Shown here: one piece after another, positions 14,511 through 28,514 of the stretch
How positions within the stretch are numbered: the first letter of the stretch is position 1
How the letters are laid out: the number at the start of each line of letters is the position of its first letter
NCBI RefSeq assembly: GCF_000150275.1
Contig: NW_002060944.1
Location: forward strand, 251,614 to 315,613
DNA length: 64,000 nt
Source of the DNA: Trichoplax adhaerens
Taxonomy: Eukaryota; Animalia; Placozoa
Direction of reading: 5' to 3'
Notes under the pieces: generated by a model
Told to the model about the DNA's origin: nothing
Databases searched by the model: none
Seen by the model: the letters and a program-made list of their open reading frames with translations, nothing else
Position numbers and translations under genes: made by a program

Positions 14511-14712
14511 TACAGTCATGGACTACTTGCAGAAGACCTTCTTCTACTACTCCATGAAACTGTTTACTAACCTAGATTTCTTTCCAGTAGTCTATGCTGG
14601 TAGGTCACTGCATCACATAACCATAGAAATTGTTCATGTGGACACAGTACGATGTACAGTATGCAGTCATGGAGTGCTAGAAGAAGACCTTCTTCTACTA
14701 CTCCAAGACATC
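14511..14712. repeat. Two copies of a ~50-bp palindromic mini-element (CAGTCATGG..agaagacc ttcttctactactcca..)
   Basis: 14513-14562 and 14664-14710 are similar direct copies, each self-complementary. Related CATGGACTAC motifs occur at ~26167, ~29036 and ~29280. Confidence 0.45.
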
Positions 14713-15207
14713 GTTTACTGGTAGTATCAAAACTATTTTATTCATGAATTTTAACCCTGGCTCGTGATACCAAATATTTTATCTACTTGGCTTGCACTTT
14801 TTACTTTAAAATTTATAATTTAATATCACTTGATACTGAATACGCGTATATTGATTTCTGATCAGTAGAAATTATGCATTCATTCAATGAGAATTATTTT
14901 CGTTTAGTCTCGACAGACACACGGCTAATTTCTCAATGAATTACACAATTTTCGCATATAATGGTACGAATCGTGATACTGTAGTAATGTGCATGTAAAA
15001 TTCCGTTATTTTATTATAATTATTAGGTTTGTTAGTATTTTTGATCTATTTCCAGGTTAATTGGATTACTTAAAACAATTTGTAAGAATGATATAGTATA
15101 ATAAAAATTAAAATTTATGATGTACTGTACTTTGTCGTACTAACAATATTATTCAGACAACTTAAGAATTCGCAATAATCGGTATCAAAAGTTGTGTCTT
15201 TCCACCA

Positions 15208-15403
15208 TGAAGCGGTTATCAATATTAGTTGAGTGTGGATATCGCATCCTATTCTATTCGAGGAAAAATTACAAGCATTTACATAAATAGTACAAAGATG
15301 TAGTCGTTGATATCGAACAACGTATTGCTTACATACTTGAAAGAGATTGTAATAATTTTAAACTTCATCGTCAAAATAAACCCTATTGCAATGCTACTGA
15401 AAG
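15208..15403 (+). pseudogene. Degenerate CARD last-exon homolog
   Basis: KRLSILVECG and, in another frame, DIEQRIAYILERD align to KLLDVLIVGG (48970 exon) and DIEKRINYALEG (31636 exon). Frameshifts and stops are present. Confidence 0.45.
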
Positions 15404-18400
15404 GTATTGAATGTAACTATTTTATCCGCAATTTTACTGTGTTACTCATTATAAGTAAGTAATAGATTACTATTTTTTTACACAACTCAAAATAAGCTCT
15501 CATAAATTGTATCGATATTATCCGCGAAATATATGTAATGAAATGTAAAATTGCAATACTGCGTAAATGCACGCATAATAATAATGAAAATTTTAAAGCT
15601 GAAACGTTTTAGGGAATCAGTCAGAGCTATAGTTTTAAAATCCAGAGTCTATCACCAGTAACTACCTAAAATGAGGATTTCTGAACTTTTGCATCACTTC
15701 TAAAAAAGAACTGAGTAATCCTAGTTTAGCAGTAATTATAGATTAGCATTGAAGTAGTAGAAATTGTAGAATCTTGTTAATTACAGCAATATTTCAAATA
15801 GGGTGATACATGTATGCCGAGAAATAAGCTAGATTGCGAAGCAAGTCGCCTTGGTAGGGTAGGCTTTACTGGTTTATATAGAAAGTGCGCGTAAGAAATA
15901 GAGGCAAACTCTGACCATGCCGATTCACTACTAACTTCTGTAACACAGTGATATAATACTTGCGATCTACAATCAACACTTTAAAGTAGTATTAATACTG
16001 CTCTTCCATAAATGATTTCTATTGCTTGCCGCTGTTGGTGTTTTAAGAGTCTCCTATGATTGGAGAAAAGCATGATCTGTATAATTTTTAGGACTTAAAA
16101 ATATATCCTGCTATTTTATTCACAGTGGATGCATACGAATACGAAATAGCAGTTACAATAAAACCATGGGAATTACTCAGCCACTTTTTGCCATTTAAAT
16201 GTCAAGTTGTTTGCTTTAATAGCTCTAAGGAATGAGAAGGCCAAAATCTGTATCATTTGTAATATTTAAAAAATATATTACTATCTATTCAATGTTGATG
16301 AATACGAATAGAGATCAAAGTCCACGAGAATTAATTTGTTATTTGATGGCAATTATACGTAAAGATTCAGAAATATTTGCGTTACGAATCCGATGAAGCA
16401 GTAAACGTATTGGATATTTTGGTTTTATGCATGATTATGGCGTTATAGACGTAAATTTTATGGAGTAATTATCCTCCAGTCTTAAGATTTTATTCAAGCT
16501 ACATTTCATCATTTGCGTTAATATGTTAAACGGCATGATAGTCATAAGGAGGAGTTATGTAGAATAGTATGGCCTATATCTTATCAAGTATGTTTATAAT
16601 TATATGTTTACAATTATACTATTATGGAACATACAAACTGATATCGCACCCAGTAAGCTACTCTCATTTAACTGTCTTCATAGAGACTATTGTTTAGCGA
16701 AGAGTCCTGAATAGCACTACAACAGGCGTATAATTAGCCTTAGCCAACAAAGGACTACTAAAATATTCTTCAGATGGTATCTAATAATTGTTGTTTCGGT
16801 ATATGGTGACTATTGTAATGATAATTTAAAGTTAGGCACAGTACGTATATAAGCATGCACAATTTATCGTAAAAACCACTTCCTATAGTACTGGACTCTT
16901 GTTCGTTGGTTGTAGACGCTGAGAATAAAAATCTTACGCGTATTTTTGCTGCTATCCTGTTTAACCAGTGTGTACTTTTCTGTAAGTAATCTACGCCTTC
17001 ATTCCTACCTGCAATTTCACAATTACTGCCTAAAACTATGCTATATAAGTAGGTGCAATTTATATGTTTTAGAAATCGAATTGTGATCAAAATTGTTGTA
17101 ATTCAGTCTATCGCAGATGCAGACGGAGATGGATGTTTTTGTTATCAGTTACAGTCGTACTTTTGTGAAAGGAACCACCTTCCTGATACCAAACTTTGGA
17201 TCAGATTGCGAAATAGATTTCAAAGATACGCCATATTGGTTAGTATATCCAGAAAATGAAAGATCATTAGCAATGAATCAATTAATACCGCTCTATTTTG
17301 TTTTTGAATTCTACGTTAACGTGCTGTAAAGTTCACTGTTTATATCGACTTACAGTAGAAATCTTTCCAAGTTTTCTAGCAAAAAACAATTTTCCATTCG
17401 GGTTTATTTAAGAGTACCGGTACGTTTGACATGAGTCAGTTTCCATAGCAAAAAAGAAAGTCTTTTTCCTGATCATTTAGTCAATTAGTTAACCTTTCGA
17501 AACAGTATTACTGATTAATCGTATCGCTTTATTTAACAACAAAATTTTTTTATTTGTGAAATATACCAAAAAAAGGAATTTGTTTACGTTAGATTTTTTA
17601 TTCAAGTTATACCAGAGTTAGATAGTTTGATAAACACTCATTTCTTCGCGGGTATTTTAATAGTGCCGGTAGCTTCTGAAATTTTGTCACCGCAGTAAGT
17701 GAGAGATTTCTTAATGTGCATTGGTAATATTAACGTAGAAGATCCACTTTTGTTGGCTAATATGTTAAAATTAAGTCACTGATGTTACTCACACCAACGG
17801 CTGGAAATTAATGAATTCGTAAAAGATCGCATCTTTGAAGGTCATGGGTTATTTTTCACGCTGTACGGTACCGGTGCCCAATTTTCCGCACACACTGGCA
17901 CTATACTATGAAAATTGTTTATGACGTAAACTGAGAAAATTATAATTAACTGACTAGACTGCAAAAAGTAAATAATAAAATGAGTAAAATATACATATTT
18001 TAGTTGCACACTAGAATCCAAAAGTGATGATGCAATGTACTATTGTCTGTAGCATCTTTGTTGGCTAGCATAAATTCAATGCATGCAGACACCTATATTG
18101 TTTAAAAAAATTTGCAGTATTATTAATAATTACACGCTTAGCGTCGCTCAATTACATTGAGGGGTCGCACTGTCATTTAAATGATTCTGCCCCATGTGAC
18201 ATGTACGTTCAGTTTTCTATTTTTGAATATCATAAATGGAGCATCAGTCACTTATGAAATTATACTACTTAATTGAAGGGGCTAGCTGTTCGTAAAACAT
18301 ACGATATGGTTTAATTATTAATCTTTTTTAATTGATTTAAACTATTATAGTACGTGTGCTATTGCAATCGGATATGATTTATGTCTGATTATCATTGTTT

Positions 18401-18958
18401 GTAAGCAGTAAGAATAATGCCAACAGCCATTTATTTTGAGTAACTATATATTAAGAAATGGAATATGTTACAAAGTATACGAAATCTCACAGCTAGAAGA
18501 CAATCTCTACCCTACTGTATTACTGATAGGGCACGAGTATTTACGACATAAACAAATTATATTTCCTAAGCACAAATTTCGATTTGAAATATATCCAGTT
18601 ATATGCTTCAAATCCTTTCATGCATAAACAGTAATTTATTATTTCATTTTTAGCTGCAGGATTTGACCGTATTCGCTTACCGGTCGGGATCTGAAAATCT
18701 CTGCTAGTTAAACTAACTAGAAATTATAGATTTAATTTACGTTTAATTCCTGCTGTGTTATCATTCCATAGGAGCTGGTATTTTTTCCCATTTATAGTTG
18801 GTAGAAGCCTGGTCATAGGCACATTCATAGTGGTGCTGAAAAGATTTTGTCATTGGCATCCTAAAGATGTAATCGGAATTCGAGAACTATGCTGAGCTGT
18901 TTTCTTTCACAATTCGTTATTATGCTTCTTAACATTCGGACTTGCTTTATAATTACAG

Positions 18959-19975
18959 GCATGTGGAAAGGAGTTCGACTTGGAGGCGCAGATTGAATTA
19001 TGCATCTGCAAAGGAACTGAGATATTCCAACAAAAGGATCAAATAAATCAGGCTACAGAGGCAAAAAATTATAAAATGAGTCAAGAGCAGCTAATCGCAC
19101 CAGGGAATCGAAGAAATATCCAAAGAAACGTTTCAAGCAGTGCGAATGGCATAACAATAATCATTGAAACGAGTGAAGAGTGCCAAATCCAGCGAAAGAA
19201 TCAATTCAGATTAGAGAAAATTTCCTATAATTGTATGGATCAAGTCGCCGATGCACAAGCTGCTGGAACGAGTGAGTATCATACGAGAATCAAGCAAGGG
19301 TGGCAATTAAGTACAAAAAACAACCTTTCAAACAGTGCGCCTGATCCACCTAAGAAAAAAATTATTGGAATGAGCGAAGAGCATAAGGAGATCCTGCGTG
19401 TTCATTCTTCAAATATAATGAATAGTATTTCAACCTGTGTGGAAGAAGTCATTGACAATTTATACACCCACGGTGTTATCACTGACGGTCAAAAAGTTAA
19501 ACTGTACAGTATTCCAAACAGACATCAGTAAGTTTTGTTAAGCTATTGATCAATCCTATGCTTTAAAACTATCTGCTTTTGAGGAAAAGTATGATATTCG
19601 ATATACGTGTACTATATTAAATGGCGTTATCATTCAGTAATCATTTTTTCAAAAATTAAATGAAAATCCTAGATAGTCTTTCGTAGTACTGTATTAACAT
19701 GTACAGTATACCATCAGATACTTTTACAGGATACTAGTAACAATAACCATGCTATGAGTTACTTACTTAATAAAGTAATATAAGGTAAATTTATGAAATT
19801 TTTCATGAATTATAGACAAGTTAAATCCTTGCTGGATATCCTACCTGAACGTGGTAGTAAAGCCTTTGAATTATTCTGTAAAAGCCTAACTAAATGTCAC
19901 CCTGAACTGAAACGTAAGTTGGTTGAGGAAGCTGAACTGATTGGTTTACCAGTTTCTATCGATTCTATAACTTAG
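18959..19975 (+). CDS. C-terminal CARD protein, last two exons (18959-19527, 19816-19975); upstream exons at ~17100-18780 look degenerate
   Basis: A phase-2 intron joins MSEEHKEILRVHSSNIMNSI..VEEVIDNLYTHGVIT..RHQ to QVKSLLDILPERGSKAFELFCKSL, the classic CARD signature (caspase-2/RAIDD-like). Confidence 0.82.
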
Positions 19976-22299
19976 ATAGAAGTATTTTACACAGCTATGA
20001 TGGCTATTAATCACCATCAAATGTACGACTATGTTCCGTAAAATTGTTTATCATTAGCATGATGCCGCTCATATTAATCTGATAAGTTTAATTAATCGAT
20101 AAAGATCCGCCTTCTAGAAATGCCGTTATTATTTTGTGTCAATAACATTACTTTTCAATGTTTTTCGATGTAGATAAGAAATAGTGAGTTCTTCTTCGTA
20201 TTTTATTTCATTGCACAGTTAATACGAGTAAATGTTTGCGTTGAAGACAATTTCGATTGTAGAACCAATCGAACTTATAACTAGCTAACAGCTAGAAATA
20301 AATTTGGATTTTTATGTACTATGTTCTAAATGAGTCGCATTATAGCGATATCAGTGCAATCGATTCAGTCCACTTTTAAACCTATGCTACAACTTTCCTA
20401 CCTACCTACCAATAGGTAGGAAATTTGGATAGATTACTGCTGGCATTGCAGTGTAATCGCACTTAATTTCTGCATCATTAATTGTGTTGTAATAGAGTAA
20501 TACTCTGTATTTCGTGCATGTTTGATATAGGACATACACTGTGTAAGAAAAAAGTTAAATAGTCCTATTATCCATTATCGGATTTAATTGATATTACGTA
20601 CGTAAATATTGCAATATGATATTTATTGTCAGTAAATTTGTTTCCTGATTACTAGACTATTACTATTAGACTGGAATACAGTATTAATTAAATTAGTGAT
20701 TATCGCTTTCTTTCTAAAATTAAATAAGATAATTTTAGAAGAAGCTTACCGATTGCTAATTCTCTCTAACAATTCTTGTATCATGTAGCTTTTACTTCCG
20801 TTGTCCGGTGTATAAACAAAAAGTAATTTAGTCATATCATTTTAGAACAGTGGTACGAGTCTACTTTGCATCATTGTTTTTATTAAGGATTGATAAAATT
20901 ATATTACTTGCAATCTAATTGTATTTTTAGCAAAAGGGCGATAAATTCATGTAATGTAATTCATTAAATATATCTGTACGATGTATCGCCTATTTTTCAT
21001 TCATACAGCATTCAGTAGTATGTTGCGTTAATACTGTATCAAGTTATTTATACATATGCTGATGGATATTAAAGTTTACATGACAGGAATTGATTAATTA
21101 TTGTTTAATAATCCCTTTGATGGCCACGGGTGCATGAATGCATTTGAAAATCACATGACCATCAAAGAGGCATACCATTCAGACAAATACTGTACAGTAC
21201 ACGGTAAAAAGTTACTGAACCTCTGACAGGTCTATCAAATGGTAATACTATCTGTTAAATGAGCACATTATCGTAAACCGTCTGCAAAGCGACGGGAGTT
21301 TGCACTAGTATGATATCAAACGAATGAAAAGCGAGCAACAACGTTAGTATTCATGCAAAATTTTGTGCGCATGACCTTTCTTACATGCTGTAACTTGCAT
21401 AGGCACTTATTTCGTATAGCTTGGTGTAAAAATAGGGTACAGTTCAAAATATGAGTCAGCACATCATACGAAATAACTACCTCCTAGAAAGTTATGTTAA
21501 AAAAAGTATTTTGATATCATGCCAAATTGTGAATAATTAAGTAGTCCACGAGGACAGTACCATACCTGTGGCTTCAAAAAAGGCGGACAGACTTTTTTAG
21601 ACCATGATGGCCACAAAAGTGGAAAAATTGTAACTGTACAGTATTAGTCCAGTTAGTCATGAGTTAGTTTGGATCGTTGATGTCCAATTTCCCGAATCGC
21701 TCTCACTAATTCAAATTCTTTTGCGACTTGATACTATAACTAAGCCATCCAGCAATCTGGCCGAGTGATCAATATTGACAAATTGAATTGCTATTACATA
21801 ATTGATGTCCGTATTTGTTTATTAATTAAGTTAAATGTTACAACTGTACTCATAATTGACTCTGCTAACATTGAATTGTAAACAACGCTGATTATTGCCT
21901 ACAAATGCTAACGGGCCCTGTGTAAAATAATAATATAGATTTATCTCATCTTTCGCCAATATTAAATTTTCATCTACATTATCACACGGATCATCGAATG
22001 CTGCTAATTCGAATGATAGAATACTCATGTACGGTTGATTTAGAAAACATCAGTCGTACCATGAACAGGAGTAGTTGTGGCCGTAGGTAAACAATAGTGG
22101 ATCATATCATCGCTTTCAATTTAATTTAAAAAGCCTTCCGGGTAGATTACGATTATATTCATACTTTATCTCTTGTAATTAATAAAAAAGAAAAATACTG
22201 ATGATAGAAAGCAGCTGGATTGCTGAGACCATGCATGCTTGAGACAAATTAACAGACAATGATCTGAAAGTGCGGTACTGTACTGTACACTGTACAGTA

Positions 22300-24105
22300 C
22301 AGCACACGGTATTTCTAGAACGTTTACACCGTTGAATTTTATGCACACATTATGAATGTCATTCCATACACGATACGTCTAATTAAATTAACTCAATAAT
22401 AATATGGAACATAGTCATGTATTTTATGCTCATTAATAAATTACCATTGCCGTGCCAAACAATTTCTTTACTCTATGATTCGGAATTGAAATTGGCAGCT
22501 CAACTGGATAGACAAGCTTGCCTTTCTAGATCAGCCAATTCTGAAGAAAGCGACGNNNNNNNNNNNNNNNNNNNNNNNNNNNNNNNNNNNNNNNNNNNNN
22601 NNNNNNNNNNNNNNNNNNNNNNNNNNNNNNNNNNNNNNNNNNNNNNNNNNNNNNNNNNNNNNNNNNNNNNNNNNNNNNNNNNNNNNNNNNNNNNNNNNNN
22701 NNNNNNNNNNNNNNNNNNNNNNNNNNNNNNNNNNNNNNNNNNNNNNNNNNNNNNNNNNNNTTATTATGCAGTGAACAATGACATGAAAATGGACTTCATG
22801 AACGGATTGTTTCGCTATAGAAATTAGAGAAAAAGACTCGTAGACGTTACTGCACTTAGTTACTATAATAATTGCGTTGATTAATTTAACTCGAAGAAAG
22901 AAATCGATCTGTATCGTCCTTAAAGTGTATCGTAAATGTATAATGTATTCGCTAGCCTATTGTGCTACTATAAGGAAAACTGGAATTACAATGACCCTTG
23001 TAGTTATGTGGCTATGACAAGGATTTCAAACTGGACTTTGGAATTACGGCAGCCCAAGTAAACAAAACAGATCTGAGTCAAGCTTGTTCTGTTTTACTAT
23101 TTGAAAAACAGACTGATTACTATAAAAGTGACATTGGAATACTTTTGTACTACATTAATTGCCTGTAAGTGATAAATAAAATCAATTCCAATTTTTCAAT
23201 TACCGCCGTGCGCGATATCATTTATCGCTTATGTCCTCTATTTTTTGATGAATAAGGTTGTATTGATGATTTTTTTACTGCCCTTTCATATTTTCTTTAT
23301 AAGCAGTTTGGGCATTTATTTTTACGGAAAACATTAAAAAGAATATCAAAATATCGCAAAGGTTAAAGCATTTATGAGCACTTTTCTTCCGGAACATGAA
23401 ATTGTTGAAATTGTTTACAATTTCATGATCTCATACTAGAGTGCTTTAGAAATAAGATATCGTGAACTACTAGCTATGCACTTACAATTCTAATACTTAA
23501 AGTTGAACTTACCGATAAGGAAAACTCTTCCGATTTGTAGTGTAACCAGTCTTTTTTCCTCGAATTGCTGACATTCAAAATTTGCAAAATGGATCGGTCA
23601 CTAAAATATGAATGGACCTCCGTATACATGGAACGTAGACATACGCGGATAAAAAGCCTTGATTAGCTCAATTTATACTTTTAAACCACCATCACGCGAT
23701 GAATACAGTAGGTCATGATTTTACGGGGTTGTTATTAAAGGCTAGGCAAGTTTGTTTCTAAATAAAAAGTGGCGTACAAACTGTAGCCAAGAATGTTTAT
23801 ACAGTGATTATGACGCTATTTTCGACAGGAAAGTAGATGAGAGATATCCTAACTACAGTATAATGCAGCATTTTATACCGTAGTAGCGAATAAGCGATTG
23901 GATCTTTGAGCTATTACGTGTAAGTTCTAGACATAAAAGAGATTGAGAATAGAACTACAGTACTACGCCCTTCATTGTTTCATCCGACCTTTTAGCCGCT
24001 ATCTATTCTCTTTTCTTTACTATGAAGATGTTTATGATATCGTTTCTGCTGTACCATGTACTAAACTATTTATGCACTCTACTAAATATGGTTTCTGTAT
24101 GGCAT
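22300..24105 (-). repeat. Inverted partial copy of the CARD locus unit (gap-interrupted)
   Basis: 22300-22555 is the reverse complement of ~58939-59190 (CARD last exon and 3' flank). 22761-24105 is a near-identical reverse complement of 36964-38309. Confidence 0.85.
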
Positions 24106-26809
24106 NNNNNNNNNNNNNNNNNNNNNNNNNNNNNNNNNNNNNNNNNNNNNNNNNNNNNNNNNNNNNNNNNNNNNNNNNNNNNNNNNNNNNNNNNNNNNNN
24201 NNNNNNNNNNNNNNNNNNNNNNNNNNNNNNNNNNNNNNNNNNNNNNNNNNNNNNNNNNNNNNNNNNNNNNNNNNNNNNNNNNNNNNNNNNNNNNNNNNNN
24301 NNNNNNNNNNNNNNNNNNNNNNNNNNNNNNNNNNNNNNNNNNNNNNNNNNNNNNNNNNNNNNNNNNNNNNNNNNNNNNNNNNNNNNNNNNNNNNNNNNNN
24401 NNNNNNNNNNNNNNNNNNNNNNNNNNNNNNNNNNNNNNNNNNNNNNNNNNNNNNNNNNNNNNNNNNNNNNNNNNNNNNNNNNNNNNNNNNNNNNNNNNNN
24501 NNNNNNNNNNNNNNNNNNNNNNNNNNNNNNNNNNNNNNNNNNNNNNNNNNNNNNNNNNNNNNNNNNNNNNNNNNNNNNNNNNNNNNNNNNNNNNNNNNNN
24601 NNNNNNNNNNNNNNNNNNNNNNNNNNNNNNNNNNNNNNNNNNNNNNNNNNNNNNNNNNNNNNNNNNNNNNNNNNNNNNNNNNNNNNNNNNNNNNNNNNNN
24701 NNNNNNNNNNNNNNNNNNNNNNNNNNNNNNNNNNNNNNNNNNNNNNNNNNNNNNNNNNNNNNNNNNNNNNNNNNNNNNNNNNNNNNNNNNNNNNNNNNNN
24801 NNNNNNNNNNNNNNNNNNNNNNNNNNNNNNNNNNNNNNNNNNNNNNNNNNNNNNNNNNNNNNNNNNNNNNNNNNNNNNNNNNNNNNNNNNNNNNNNNNNN
24901 NNNNNNNNNNNNNNNNNNNNNNNNNNNNNNNNNNNNNNNNNNNNNNNNNNNNNNNNNNNNNNNNGGTACAGTACAGTACAGTACAGTACAGTCCTGAAAT
25001 TAATACTGTAACTTTTACATACTGTACACTGTACAGTATGGTACTGTAAAAGCGCCATGTGAATTTTTTCAAATAAAGGGCGGGAATGTAATTGAACATA
25101 CCTACACTTTCAACTCACTCTGTCCTACAGTACACGTGTAGATTTCTTACAACCTTACAGCCAAAAAGAATAAAGAAGGACAAAATTTTTAGAAAATGGC
25201 GATAATCGTAAGTCCTTCTCAGTACAGTACAGTACAGTACTGCATTCATATCACATCATGATTACAGTAGCGCATGATCCACCATTAAGTTTAGTCAGCA
25301 ACTGTCATGGTAATTTAATTAGGTCAATACAAAAATGTGCAGTACTATAAGTTAGCGACAGTTACTATTCTTCCGTTCAAAAACAATGATATGTGCAAGG
25401 TGTTACTAATTTGCAGGAAATTTTTGGTCAATGAATTTGTAATTTCGAACCTTTGGACAATTTGTAAATTATTATAACACCATTGATTATAATAATTAAT
25501 TATATATATATATAAACTCGGCTTTGATTATCGCATTAAGTGGGCATTCATTGTTCGCTATGAAAAAGATTATAATTATCTGTAAAATAGAACTACTTCA
25601 TTGAAGCATATCCATTTTACGGCAGTTGTCTAGTCAAATCGATCCCTTGGTTTTTTTTTTTTTATTCGTCTGACTCTTCAACTTGCTCTAAATCATACTG
25701 GCGACAAGCTACTAAACTACAGCATGACAGCACTACTGGATACTACTGTAGTGAGTGTATAGCTTCATTGGATAGTGTTCATTTGTCAATCTCACTATCG
25801 GCAAAATCTTTCCTTTACTTTTCAAGGTGTCATACTGTTTGTAGCAGTTTTCATGTCGCTTAAACTATCAGAAATACTCTATCACAAATACAGCACGCAT
25901 TCATACCATCAGTTACCGACCTTATTTATTTTCTTGTATCTTATCCAACTGCGATAAAAAAAAATTTTACCCACGTATCGTATACGGTTCAGTCGAAGAA
26001 ATGCCAATGACGGATATGAGCTGTATCAGACTTTTGCTACTGTACTTATACAAAACAGCACGAGCGTAAAACAATTACTAAATATACAGTAATAACAACC
26101 ATAACATGTAAAACATCACGATTGACACTTGACACCCAAGATGTATTTCGTTTTCATACTGTACTGTCATGGACTACTCAATCTTTACTCTGTGGTACTT
26201 TGGTGGTCTCGTTGACTCGCTGACTACTTCATTACGTAATTTACTGTAGTGGTCCATGAGAACAGTGCTGTTGCTGTATCAAATAGTAGTATGTGACGTC
26301 AAAAGCACGAACAGACTGTACTGTAGACTACAGTATAACGGCCGAAAACGTCGAAAAATTATTTTACCCGAGTTAGTCATTTTCTTAATCACTCCTTTCT
26401 AGTTCAAATTCATTTGTGACTTGATACCATAACTGAGTTATCGAGTCATCCGGCCCAGCGGTCAATATTGACAAACGCTATCAATCGCTTTTATAACCTT
26501 GATATTCGTATTTGTTTGCTAAATGTAACGAATATCTCCTAATGATATTATAATTGACTGTGAATAGCCCAATTGTTATCTTCTATGCGAAATCGCTCGT
26601 GTTTTAGCCTGTTTTTTTTATGAAAGAGGAATTTTCAGGGAGGGGGGGCCTTGCCCGGTGCCTCTGAATTTTAGTATATGTACAGTAAGCGCCCCCTGTT
26701 GTACGAAAAACAATGGCAACACATGCTAGAACATTCTACTGAACACTAACAAGAAAACAATGAAAACACGTCCTACAGTACGGAAAACAATAGCAACGCA
26801 TTCTATCGA

Positions 26810-26920
26810 AAGTACAGTATACAGTACAGTACAGTACAGTACTGTACGTACAGTACAGTACAATAAGTACTCAAGTTACAGTACTGTACAGAGTCTGTAC
26901 TGTACAGTCCGTACTACAGA
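26810..26920. repeat. Mixed-orientation (TACAG/TACTG)n pentamer array; others at ~24965, 25220, 28280-28520, 29910, 40360, 47610-47740 and 47915-48040
   Basis: Directly visible. These arrays produce the spurious STVQY/YCTV ORFs. Confidence 0.9.
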
Positions 26921-27206
26921 CTTACAGAAAAAGGTCATGCGCACAAAACTTGATAGCTACTTTTGAACTTTAAATACAGTGTCAAAAGACGATTATAGAT
27001 CATTTGGACATACTGTACAGTACAATCGACAACGATAACTGGTCCTGACAATACGCTGGTCAAAGTACTGTGTCATATTCTTCTAGTTGATCAGATAGCG
27101 GTTCGAAAAAGATATCATTAGCTTAAATAAACAAGGTCAGTCAATGAATGTTTTGAATTTGCGCTTGATTTGTAATGCGAGTATTTCTGATAGCGTGACA
27201 TGCCCA

Positions 27207-28150
27207 CTACTACAAATGGCATGACACCTTGAAAACCAATAAAAAGATTTTGTCGATAGTACGGTAATTATGTACGGTAAGATTCACAAATTAACACTAT
27301 CAAATGAAACTATAGCACTTGCTGTTGATTAAGAGTTTGTCGCCAGTATGATCTATTCTTCATTTTCGCAAAGACGTCAAAGCTCATTTGTATTGCTAAC
27401 TATTCAGTGATATATATGTCATACTTGTAAGGCATTACTGACTGATCGTTAAGCGAAAAAATAATCCAGATTTTATATCGATGACTTAGTTTAAAGAATC
27501 AGACGAGTAAAAAGGCTACTGATCAAATACAGACAAGTACCGCAAAATCTGTTCTGATCGCTATTTATGAGTACAGTCATTTTTCTAGAGAACAATGCTG
27601 TTAGCTCAGTCAATTAATTAGTTGAAGCGTAACATAAATTTTGTTTCATTAATGAATTGAATAATGCTAAATTAAAGTAATTATGATTATCAATGACTTT
27701 GTAGTGTGTTTACAAAGTGTCTAAATTAACAGTCAATTTAACAAATTTTCATGCAAATGAATGTTATTGATACCTTTTTATGCGAGTTGTCACTGTTTTT
27801 CAACTGAAGAACATCAATGCTGATCACTTGTACTTTTAAATATTTATCATCTGATACAGTACAGTAGGCGGTTGACAAAATAAACTAGGTCGATCATACG
27901 ATAACTATAATCTAATGTGATGTCGATCGTGAATGCAGTATTGAGGCTGCGGCTGAAGTACTTACGATTATGGCTATATTCCATAAATTTCGGCTATGTG
28001 CTTCCTTAAGTGTATCAGGCCATAATTTTACCGATTTTTATTGGCCGTTCGGTAAGAAAAATTTTCTACTTACAACATAGTCAGACCGCGCTAAAACATG
28101 TAGAGAATTTATTTGGCGCCGTTTTATTGAACCGCCAATTTCTTCTATTG
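27207..28150 (+). mobile_element. Dispersed ~0.95-kb non-coding repeat (probable non-autonomous element)
   Basis: Near-identical copy at 39424-40360. Diverged inverted copy at ~25050-25750. Partial copies at ~46740, ~47225 and ~50715-51000. Confidence 0.6.
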
Positions 28151-28514
28151 TAGTATGTACTGTACACTATCCAATCAAATTACCAGAATTATTTTTAAGC
28201 GCGAAGATTTTTAATCCAATGAAATGTCTCCGTTTTTTTTCGGGGTTGATGCTAGGTTTTCTCATCGTATAATACAGCTACAGTATGGTTGTACTGTACG
28301 GTACCGTACACTGTACACTGTACGTCTTTACAGAAAATAGTGATAATGTCATCCCTTTTGGGCTGATACTGTACAGGTACAGGTGTAGTGGAAGAGTTTA
28401 TACTGTACAGTACAGCACTGTACCAGGGTCCAGGGACAACTAGAAAGAAGGAGGGACCCCTGATATAATTTTGTACAGTGTACAGTATGTAAAAGTTACA
28501 GTATTAATTTCAGT

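Noticed and set aside
22417-25099. Long ORFs of 136-368 aa in the ORF track
   Set aside because: They are open only because they run through N gaps.
26760-26966. STVQY/YCTV-rich ORFs here and at 40220, 47536 and 47547
   Set aside because: Translations of TACAG/TACTG pentamer arrays.
28110-28155. Hairpin TTGGCG..CGCCAA near the end of the dispersed repeat as a Helitron 3' end
   Set aside because: No clear CTRR terminus or 5' TC; could equally be E2F/CCAAT promoter motifs.
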